NCBI GenBank assembly: GCA_035380125.1
Contig: DAOSWV010000013.1
Location: 1,140-65,139, forward strand
From: Oscillospiraceae bacterium
GTDB taxonomy: Bacteria; Bacillota; Clostridia; Oscillospirales; JAKOTC01
DNA: 64,000 nt
Reading direction: 5' to 3'
The notes beneath the pieces were generated by a model. It was not told the DNA's origin and searched no databases. It saw only the letters and a list, made by a program, of their open reading frames with translations. A program made the translations under genes and the position numbers. This document shows, piece after piece, positions 9,366 through 16,559 of the stretch; position 1 is the stretch's first letter, and each line of letters starts with the position of its first letter.

Positions 9366-9387
9366 AAGTTATAAAGAAGGTAATTGA

Positions 9388-10113
9388 TTGATGGACACGA
9401 TTAAAATCACGGACAAAAAAGGGGTAAAGATCATTGCGCATCGCGGCGTCAGCGGGATTGAGACGGAAAATACCAATTCGGCCTTCATCGCAGCGGGAAA
9501 CAGGAGTTATTTCGGAATCGAAACCGATATTCATAAAACGGGCGACGGAAAATTTGTTTTGATTCACGATGATACGACCGGCAGGGTTGCAATCGACGAT
9601 CTGGCGGTTGAGAAATCGACGTTTGATACCCTGCGGTCATTGATCCTCACCGACCGTGACGGGATTAAAAGACGCAGTGATTTGCGTATACCGACGCTGG
9701 CGGAGTATATAAACATCAACATGAAATACGGAAAGGTCGGCGTGCTGGAACTGAAAAACGCTATGGAAGAAGACGATATTTACCGTATTTGCGATGAAAT
9801 CGAACGCCTCGGATATATGAACGGTGTAATATTTATCTCGTTTTGTTATGAAAATCTTGTTTACCTGAGAAAGAAGTATCCCCAACAAGCCGCGCAGTTT
9901 CTGACCGGTGAATACGACGGCGGGTTGATCGGGCGGCTCAAAGAATATAATCTGGACCTCGATATTCATTACAAAGCGCTCACCGCTGAAAATACCGCTA
10001 TGCTGAAAGAAGCGGGAATTACGGTCAATTGCTGGACGGTGGATGATTCCGCTGATGCGGCAAAACTGATCGGTTACGGTGTGGATATGATCACGTCAAA
10101 TATTCTGGAATAG
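9388..10113 (+). CDS. glycerophosphodiester phosphodiesterase family protein
   Basis: GDPD signature IIAHRG.SG..ENT..AF..A, then GIETDIHKT.DGKFVL.HDD. Confidence 0.8.
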   Translation: MMDTIKITDKKGVKIIAHRGVSGIETENTNSAFIAAGNRSYFGIETDIHKTGDGKFVLIHDDTTGRVAIDDLAVEKSTFDTLRSLILTDRDGIKRRSDLRIPTLAEYININMKYGKVGVLELKNAMEEDDIYRICDEIERLGYMNGVIFISFCYENLVYLRKKYPQQAAQFLTGEYDGGLIGRLKEYNLDLDIHYKALTAENTAMLKEAGITVNCWTVDDSADAAKLIGYGVDMITSNILE

Positions 10114-10130
10114 ACGAAATTCCATGTTTT

Positions 10131-10162
10131 GCGGCCGGTGGTTCTTCCGCCGGCCGCTTTTT
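10131..10162 (+). terminator. rho-independent terminator
   Basis: GCGGCCGGTGG / CCGCCGGCCGC stem followed by TTTTT. Confidence 0.7.
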
Positions 10163-10220
10163 GTGTATGATAAAAATTCCCACGGCATAACATAGGGTAA
10201 AAATGCGGGAGGAAACCGAG

Positions 10221-11507
10221 ATGAAAGTTGCGCTTTTGACCATGTTCAACGGTTTGAGCAATACCTATTCGCTTGTCAACGTCGTTGCGGAACATCTGAA
10301 AATGCTGCTTGACGCCGGGATAAGCACAAAGGTTCTGGTCAGTCAGGATTGTTCAGACGAAGAACGGAGGGGTATCTTCGCAGATGAGCGGCTCGAGTGG
10401 GTGAAAATCACGAACCGGATCGACGGAAAACGGATGGAATGGCACGATTACGCCCTGCCAAACGGCACGCCGCACGAGACCTTTTTTGCCGAAACGGAGG
10501 CGATTGCAGCAGATTTAAAAAACGCCCTTGCCGACGTGGACGTCTGCATTATGCATGATATTCATTATCAGGGCTGGCATCTGATACATAACGTCGCCAT
10601 TCGAAAAGCGCAGGAAAATCTGCCGAAAGTCAGATTTATCGCTTTTACGCATTCTGCTCCGGTAAACCGGCCTCCGGTTTTGAAATATCCTTTTTCCTGC
10701 CGGTATACGCCGATGCCGAATACGGTATATGTCTATCCCACTCATTCCGGGATTCCCGCGCTGGCCAGACAGTACGGCGTGCCCGAAGGCCGGTGCCGGG
10801 TGGTATACAACAGCGTCGACCTGATTACCCCCCTGAGCGAAGACCTCAAACAACTGCACAACCAAACGGATTTGTTAAAACCGGATATTTTAATCGTCTA
10901 TCCGGGCAGATTTACCCCCGGCAAAAAATTCGAGAAAACTGCCGCTTTAGCTGGGGCCATCCGCAAAAAGACGGAACTGACGGTCAAGGTTATTTTTTGC
11001 GATTTTCCGTGCATGGACATTGAGCCGGCCAAATATAAGCTCGCCGTCCGGATGGCCGGCTGTCTTTGCGGCCTTGACGAGGAGGATATGGCTTTTACCA
11101 GTGATCTCGGCTGGCCACATGGATTTCCGCGAAGCGGCGTTTTTGAACTTTTTACGCTTTCAAATCTTTTTATCTGTCCCTCTTACTCCGAGTCCTTTGG
11201 CTTGACGGTGCTCGAGGCGGCAAGCCGCGGGAATTTTCTGGTGCTGAATGAGGCGGTTCCGGCGCTCGAAGAACTCGGGAAACGGCTGGGCGCTTACTTT
11301 ATGCGGTGGGATGCCCGCAATTTCGGGTTTGACACCAAAGAAGACTATAAGCCCTCGGAACCGGCATATTTGGAAGAACACGCGGCGAGGATCGTCGACC
11401 GGATGAGGGACAATGCGGTCTTGCGGGCCAAGACTCTGGTCAGACGCGAGTTCAATCCGGATTGGATTTGGTACAATCAGTTACAGCCGCTGATCGAAGA
11501 TATTTAG
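10221..11507 (+). CDS. soluble GT-B glycosyltransferase (GT4-like)
   Basis: C-terminal GT4/GT1 motif FICPSYSESFGLTVLEAASRGNFLVLNE. No TM segment. The ATG at 10221 has a GGAGG RBS 8 nt upstream. Confidence 0.7.
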   Translation: MKVALLTMFNGLSNTYSLVNVVAEHLKMLLDAGISTKVLVSQDCSDEERRGIFADERLEWVKITNRIDGKRMEWHDYALPNGTPHETFFAETEAIAADLKNALADVDVCIMHDIHYQGWHLIHNVAIRKAQENLPKVRFIAFTHSAPVNRPPVLKYPFSCRYTPMPNTVYVYPTHSGIPALARQYGVPEGRCRVVYNSVDLITPLSEDLKQLHNQTDLLKPDILIVYPGRFTPGKKFEKTAALAGAIRKKTELTVKVIFCDFPCMDIEPAKYKLAVRMAGCLCGLDEEDMAFTSDLGWPHGFPRSGVFELFTLSNLFICPSYSESFGLTVLEAASRGNFLVLNEAVPALEELGKRLGAYFMRWDARNFGFDTKEDYKPSEPAYLEEHAARIVDRMRDNAVLRAKTLVRREFNPDWIWYNQLQPLIEDI

Positions 11508-11520
11508 TAATGAGAAAACA

Positions 11521-11558
11521 GCAAGACCTCCGTTGGGAAGCGGGGGTCTTGCGTTTTT
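11521..11558. terminator. bidirectional terminator between the GT4 gene and gene A
   Basis: GCAAGACC (11521-11528) / GGTCTTGC (11545-11552), with T-runs on both strands. Confidence 0.65.
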
Positions 11559-11571
11559 ACGCGATAACGTT

Positions 11572-12309
11572 TTAAGCAACAATATGGGCGTGGGCCGCAA
11601 CATAGATGGTATCCCCTTCAAACTCGCTTACTTTGACGGTGAAAGTAAAGGTTGAAAAATATCCGTCGGGGTTGGTAACGGTATACTGATAAGGGAAAAG
11701 TCCCGGCGCGCTGTTTGTGGGAATCTCATCTTCCGCATAAAGGTGAACCTGATCCATCAGATACGGGGAATTTGTGCTGATTGTCACCAGAAGATCGTCT
11801 CCGGAACGGAGCATTTCGACCGATCCGATCGGGATATGCACAGCACCGAGTCCCAAGTCGACGGTTTTTTGATCCTGATCGCTTTCGATATACGTGTATT
11901 GTGCGTTGCCGGTGCCGAAAGGGGTTCCGACGGACCACGCGGAGCCGATATCGGGGTCACTCGTCGACGAGGATGAGCTCGAAGAGGAAGAGGTTGTCGT
12001 AATACTGGCGGGGATTGCGAGTACATTGTCCAGTTTGAATTGCAAAAGCATTTCCTTTTTGATGATGTCCTTCAGTGCGTGGTCTACGGAGGCATCGGCT
12101 GCGAGAAGCTGGTCGAAAGTCGGCGGGGGAATTAATCTGTGAAAACGTCCGAGTGTACCGAGGACATATTGCAGTTTTTCCGCTTCCGCGTCAATCAGGT
12201 GCGCAAGACCGAATTCCTCGAAGGCCACCGATGCCAGCAGTAAATTGACGGCATCTTCAAGTGATATATCAACGGGCATTTGGGTGTCCGAAAAATTAGT
12301 AAATGACAT
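11572..12309 (-). CDS. uncharacterised protein A: N-terminal helical module, T3-S9 linker, beta-rich C-terminal domain type 1
   Basis: 245-aa ORF with an AAAGGAG RBS. No signal peptide, no TM segment and no Cys. It is a paralogue of 13374-14204 along its full length. Confidence 0.8.
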   Translation of the reverse strand: MSFTNFSDTQMPVDISLEDAVNLLLASVAFEEFGLAHLIDAEAEKLQYVLGTLGRFHRLIPPPTFDQLLAADASVDHALKDIIKKEMLLQFKLDNVLAIPASITTTSSSSSSSSSTSDPDIGSAWSVGTPFGTGNAQYTYIESDQDQKTVDLGLGAVHIPIGSVEMLRSGDDLLVTISTNSPYLMDQVHLYAEDEIPTNSAPGLFPYQYTVTNPDGYFSTFTFTVKVSEFEGDTIYVAAHAHIVA

Positions 12310-12457
12310 AAAACATCTCCTTTCAAGGGTTTCACCCCATTGTATTTTACAGGCGCTTCTTTTGTTCCTTTGCAGTCACAACGGTTTCATCTTCGTTATA
12401 TAATGGGTTAGAAATCCAGCGGATTCTTATCCGTTTACATATGAAAGAGGAAAGATT
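12310..12457. promoter_or_regulatory. divergent promoter region of pair A/B
   Basis: For B: GTCACA (12375-12380), 18 nt, TATAAT (12399-12404). For A on the minus strand: TACAAT (complement of 12339-12344). The blocks CCCATTGTATTTT, GCAGTCACA and TATATAAT.GG are all repeated in the C/D intergenic region. Confidence 0.55.
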
Positions 12458-13288
12458 ATGTCATCGAAAATCCCGGGTAAAAAGGCGAATCATGAGATTG
12501 ATTTTGACGAATCGGTAAACCTTCTGCTGTCTTCCATCGCTATGGAGGAGATGAGTTTATCGCGCCTGATGGATGTGGAAAAAGAAAAAGTACAATACGC
12601 GCTTGAACGCTGCAGGGAACATTGCGGCGGTATGCAGGAGGCGGTGGAAGTCAATAAAAGCGTCAATGAAATGATGAAGACATTGGCGAAATTCCAAATG
12701 CTCTTGCAATTCAAATTGGAAAATGTGCGGGAATTGCTACCGCTTACGACCACGACTACGACCACAACAACCACGACCACGACCGCTACCACAACTTCCT
12801 GCACGGTGACGGTCTCTTCAACCTGCACCTGTCCGGCAACCGTATTGACGGGTTGTAATTGCTGCCTGATCGGAACCGGAAAGGGCTGTGTTCAAAACAG
12901 CTGTGATGATTTATACGGGAAATATGCTCAACTGCATGCTTTTATTAATGACAGCGATCACAGGGGCGGGACGATCCGGTATATGGCGGGCGATCATTGC
13001 GACGGGCTGTATTTTTCCGCTGTAAAGCGCGGAATCAAGGAAATTTGTCCCGATTGCCGTCTGAACCGATTTACGGTTTGCGGAGAAGGGACAGCGGAAA
13101 TCAATCGTCCCTGCGGGCACGAACGAATCGGGAAAGCTGCTTTTGCGCTGACCGTTCAATACACGGTTGAGCACGGCCTTGTATTCAGAATGCAAATCCA
13201 AAAAGCGGATCCGTGTTTTGAACATGACAGCGGGTTTATTCCCGTCAAAGTGCCGCCGTCCACGTTATGTATGAAGCTTTGCTGTTAA
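12458..13288 (+). CDS. uncharacterised protein B: N-terminal helical module, Thr13 linker, Cys-rich C-terminal domain type 2 ending in CC
   Basis: 276-aa ORF with a GAGGAAAG RBS and 19 Cys. No signal peptide. It is a paralogue of 14386-15276. Confidence 0.8.
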   Translation: MSSKIPGKKANHEIDFDESVNLLLSSIAMEEMSLSRLMDVEKEKVQYALERCREHCGGMQEAVEVNKSVNEMMKTLAKFQMLLQFKLENVRELLPLTTTTTTTTTTTTTATTTSCTVTVSSTCTCPATVLTGCNCCLIGTGKGCVQNSCDDLYGKYAQLHAFINDSDHRGGTIRYMAGDHCDGLYFSAVKRGIKEICPDCRLNRFTVCGEGTAEINRPCGHERIGKAAFALTVQYTVEHGLVFRMQIQKADPCFEHDSGFIPVKVPPSTLCMKLCC

Positions 13289-13321
13289 CTGATCGGCCAT
13301 AGAGAATTAGTATAAAAATGA

Positions 13322-13349
13322 ATCCGGCATACGTTGATACGAGCCGGAT
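13322..13349. terminator. hairpin between convergent genes B and C
   Basis: ATCCGGC (13322-13328) / GCCGGAT (13343-13349), a 7-bp stem with a 14-nt loop. T-rich sequence lies downstream. Confidence 0.35.
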
Positions 13350-13373
13350 GAAAAGGATTTTGTTTGATTTTTT

Positions 13374-14204
13374 TCAGTTGACCAATCGCGCGTAGGCCGA
13401 AATATAGATTGTTCTGCCTAAATAGCCCCTGACATCCACATTAAAGGTATGAACGCGAAAATATTCGGACGGATCGGTTACGACATAACGATAGGGGAAG
13501 TTTTCCGGGTTGCTGTCGATCGGCGCAACAAGACCCACATACAGATATACTCGATTCATTATATGCGGTCTGGCGGTTGCAATCGTTACCAGTAAATCGG
13601 TGCCGCAGCGAACTATTCGGACCGTACCCACGGGAATGCGTTTACAGGCCAAATTCAAATCGGCGGCTTTACAGAGTTCACCGAGTTCAAGCGTCGTATA
13701 CTGTGCACAACCGGTGCCGAAATCTATTCCTGCCACCCAGGCGGATTTATCGGATGGCGGTCTATGTGCGCTTTCTGCAACGCTTAAGGTGGCACTCGCC
13801 GCGGTGCTCACTATGACTGAGGTGGTTGTCGTGGATGCCGAAGAGGTGGATGTGGTGGTGATCGCAGCGGTTGAGACAGCGGTCTCGGCAACCGGGGTAT
13901 CGGATGAGAGGCTGAGGATATTCTCCAGTTTGAGCTGGAGCAGAACTTCTTTTTTTATGACGTCGCGCAGGGTCTGATCCGCACATTGATTGACTTCGAG
14001 AATTTGATCGGGTGTTGAAGGCGGGTCCGGCGGGGTCTGTCCGTCCAGTGTCCCCAGCATGTATTGAATTTTTTCCGCCTCCGCATTGATCAGATTGGCC
14101 AATGCAAATTCTTCAAAGGCCACCGAGGCGAGCAGCAGATTGACGGAACTGCCGAGAGAAAGATCGGCGGGATCGCCTATGTCGATGAAATTAGGAAACG
14201 GCAT
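13374..14204 (-). CDS. uncharacterised protein C, paralogue of A
   Basis: N-terminus SVNLLLASVAFEEFALANLINAEAEKIQYMLGTL. A long S/T/A/V-rich linker follows. The C-terminal domain aligns with A (SAWVAGIDFGTG.AQYT ... PENFPYRYVVTDP ... TIYISAYARLV). Confidence 0.8.
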   Translation of the reverse strand: MPFPNFIDIGDPADLSLGSSVNLLLASVAFEEFALANLINAEAEKIQYMLGTLDGQTPPDPPSTPDQILEVNQCADQTLRDVIKKEVLLQLKLENILSLSSDTPVAETAVSTAAITTTSTSSASTTTTSVIVSTAASATLSVAESAHRPPSDKSAWVAGIDFGTGCAQYTTLELGELCKAADLNLACKRIPVGTVRIVRCGTDLLVTIATARPHIMNRVYLYVGLVAPIDSNPENFPYRYVVTDPSEYFRVHTFNVDVRGYLGRTIYISAYARLVN

Positions 14205-14385
14205 AATAAAGCTCCTTCATACAATCTCATCCCATTGTATTTTTATTGTATCGGTTTTGTGCATGGCAGGCAGTCACAGATGGTGAAATAACGCTATATA
14301 ATAGGGTACGGGTTATGATACATGCAACCTGAATGTCTGAAAAACAAGATGTATTAAACAAGAACAGGGGAGGGTGAGAAATATT
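14205..14385. promoter_or_regulatory. divergent promoter region of pair C/D
   Basis: For D: GTCACA (14273-14278), 18 nt, TATAAT (14297-14302). For C: TACAAT (complement of 14234-14239). Spacing and motifs match the A/B region. Confidence 0.55.
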
Positions 14386-15276
14386 ATGTCAACTCCGGTG
14401 ATTCCGTCAATAAAACCGGATTCGGTGATGACGTTTGATGAGGCCATGCGTATGTTGACAGCCTCGACTGCCGCGCAGGCGGAAAGTTTGACGAAACTGG
14501 CCGACATCGAACGTGAGAGGGTTACATATATCATCAAAAGCAACGGAGTCGATGCACAGGGCATCAGCGAAAGCGTTGAGGAAATTCTGGGGACGATCGA
14601 AAAATTCCAAGTGCTCTTGGCGCTGAAAGAGGAACAGATACAGCAGGTGACCGTTTCGTCGGTATCCAGACCGGAGCTGCCTGTCAGGGCCTCTGAATCG
14701 GTCTCAGATCAGGGAATTTTGACACAGAGGTATTCTGTACCCCAGCTTCGCGAACCCGACCCCCGGTCCTGTGCTGCCGCTCAACGCCCGTGTGCGAATC
14801 AATCCGGCCTGATCGGTTTGGCAAAGGGCAGCGTTGCAAATCCCGAGGACGCTGTTTACGGTGAAAACGCCGCTTTGCGCGCTTTTATCCCGAGTGTTGA
14901 CGTCATGAACCGCTCAATTCGCTATACGGCCGGCGAAACCGACAGCGGAATTTATTTTTACGCTTACGGACGGAATGTTTCCGTGCAGAATGACGCCCGG
15001 GGGCAAAACAAAACAACCCGCTTCGGCTGCTGCTGGAACGGGTTGGTGATCAGCGGGGAGGGGACGGTACGCTTCAGACGGCCGGATATACCGGATCGTT
15101 CCGATTTGGCGGATTGTACAGCGAAAGCCCCCTATGTGCTGACCGTTCAGAATGCGGAACGCGGGCTGAAATTTCGGATGCAGATCGCCGCATCGGGAGA
15201 TTGTCCCGCATATGACAGCGGGTGGGTTGCGGTAAAAGATTCGGTATCAAATCTTTGCATGCGGATTTGCTGTTGA
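14386..15276 (+). CDS. uncharacterised protein D, paralogue of B (ends in CC)
   Basis: The ATG at 14386 (MSTPVIPS) is preferred over the GTG at 14374, by RBS spacing and by analogy with B (MSSKIPG). The C-terminal domain aligns with B and ends NLCMRICC. Confidence 0.75.
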   Translation: MSTPVIPSIKPDSVMTFDEAMRMLTASTAAQAESLTKLADIERERVTYIIKSNGVDAQGISESVEEILGTIEKFQVLLALKEEQIQQVTVSSVSRPELPVRASESVSDQGILTQRYSVPQLREPDPRSCAAAQRPCANQSGLIGLAKGSVANPEDAVYGENAALRAFIPSVDVMNRSIRYTAGETDSGIYFYAYGRNVSVQNDARGQNKTTRFGCCWNGLVISGEGTVRFRRPDIPDRSDLADCTAKAPYVLTVQNAERGLKFRMQIAASGDCPAYDSGWVAVKDSVSNLCMRICC

Positions 15277-15280
15277 CTTT

Positions 15281-15637
15281 TTATTTTCCGCATTCGTCGG
15301 CATGTTCGTGCTGGTGACAGACCGAACCGGTGGATTTGAGATCGCCTTTCAGGTAATTTTCGACCGCTTCGCGTGCGCTGCCTTCCGCCCCGACGATGAC
15401 TTCGATGTTTCTCTCGTTGAAGATCTCGACTGCGCCGCCGCCCATTCCGCCTGCGATGATGACGTTGACGCCCATATCGCCGAGAAAGTTCGGCAGAAAT
15501 CCGGGTCTGTGGCCGGGGTTCGGGACGACGCTTTTGCTTTGAATGGCGCCGTCTTTTGTCTCATAGATGTTGAAATTTTCACAATGTCCGAAATGCCCCG
15601 AGATTTGAGTTTCCATGCTTGCAACTGCGATTTTCAT
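15281..15637 (-). CDS. NifX/NifB-C-terminal-like (dinitrogenase FeMo-cofactor biosynthesis domain) protein
   Basis: MKIAVASMETQISGHFGHCENFNIYE...VIIAGGMGGGA, typical of the small NifX-NifB superfamily proteins. The start was trimmed to the ATG at 15637. The C-terminus is His/Cys-rich. Confidence 0.75.
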   Translation of the reverse strand: MKIAVASMETQISGHFGHCENFNIYETKDGAIQSKSVVPNPGHRPGFLPNFLGDMGVNVIIAGGMGGGAVEIFNERNIEVIVGAEGSAREAVENYLKGDLKSTGSVCHQHEHADECGK

Positions 15638-15695
15638 GTTGTTTCCTCCATAATTTGTTGATTTTGGTTTGACAGAATGTGTCAGGCCGTGTTTT

Positions 15696-16559
15696 TTATT
15701 GATATAAAACAGCCATTGTACGTTCATATACCGTGTGCAGGGCGTTTTTCGCGGGACAATCGATGTCCGCGATGCTGCGTCCGGCGTTGATGGCTTCCGG
15801 CACATGCTTGTCATAAGGAATGCGTCCCGTATAAGGGATATTATTTTCTTTGCAGAAGGTCTCGATTGCCCTTGTGTTTTCGATGCAGGTGTCGTATTTG
15901 TTGATGCAGACGGCGGTTTTCGCGCCGAGAATCGCTGCGGTTTTCAGGATGCGCTGCATATCGCTGAAACCCGAGAGGGTCGGTTCCGCAACCACGAGTA
16001 CGAGATCCACGCCGCTTACAGAGGCGATGACCGGACAGCCGATGCCGGGCGAACCGTCGATAATCTGCAGTTCGGTGTCGGGAAGGGCATTTGTCAGCGC
16101 CGTTTTGACCTGCGTCACGAGTTTGCCGGAATTGCCGCGCCCCATCTTGAGTTTCGCAGTCGAAAAGACGCGTGTGTCCCGATAGAGTTCGAGTTCGCCG
16201 GAGACGTCGTCGTGCAGAACAGCCGCGCCGACAGGGCAAACGTATTCACAGACGCCGCAGCCCTCACAGGCGTATTCATCGACGGTAAAATGCTGTCCGT
16301 CGGGGTGAATGGCGTCAAATCGGCAATGTTCTCGGCATAATCCGCAGCCGATGCATTTTTGAACGTCGATAACGGCTTTTTGGGAGCCCTGAAAGTCACT
16401 GCGTTCGGGCATGGCGTTCATCCGCGTGACGATGTGGAGATTGGGTGCGTCGACGTCACAGTCGGCAAAAGCGAGTGCGTTGGAAAAGGCAATGAAAGCC
16501 GCCGCCGTCGTGGTCTTTCCGGTGCCGCCTTTGCCGCTGAGAATCAGCAGTTTTTTCAT
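15696..16559 (-). CDS. MinD/ParA-superfamily P-loop ATPase with an inserted 2x[4Fe-4S] ferredoxin domain
   Basis: Deviant Walker A ILSGKGGTGKTT, plus CIGCGLCREHC and CEGCGVCEYVCP. Confidence 0.85.
   Translation of the reverse strand: MKKLLILSGKGGTGKTTTAAAFIAFSNALAFADCDVDAPNLHIVTRMNAMPERSDFQGSQKAVIDVQKCIGCGLCREHCRFDAIHPDGQHFTVDEYACEGCGVCEYVCPVGAAVLHDDVSGELELYRDTRVFSTAKLKMGRGNSGKLVTQVKTALTNALPDTELQIIDGSPGIGCPVIASVSGVDLVLVVAEPTLSGFSDMQRILKTAAILGAKTAVCINKYDTCIENTRAIETFCKENNIPYTGRIPYDKHVPEAINAGRSIADIDCPAKNALHTVYERTMAVLYQ

Noticed and set aside
12746-12900. The Thr/Ser/Cys-dense stretch of protein B (TTTSCTVTVSSTCTCPATVLTGCNCCLIGTGKGC) looked like a lanthipeptide core, suggesting a RiPP precursor.
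   Set aside because: The protein is 276 aa with a large folded-looking domain after the stretch. Paralogue D lacks the Cys/Thr density there. No LanM/LanB/LanC, radical-SAM, protease or exporter genes are adjacent.
15638-15814. The N-terminal extension of the NifX-like ORF (track 15281-15814, 177 aa).
   Set aside because: The extension overlaps the 3' end of the upstream MinD-type gene region and has no family similarity. The conserved domain begins at MKIAVASME (ATG at 15637).
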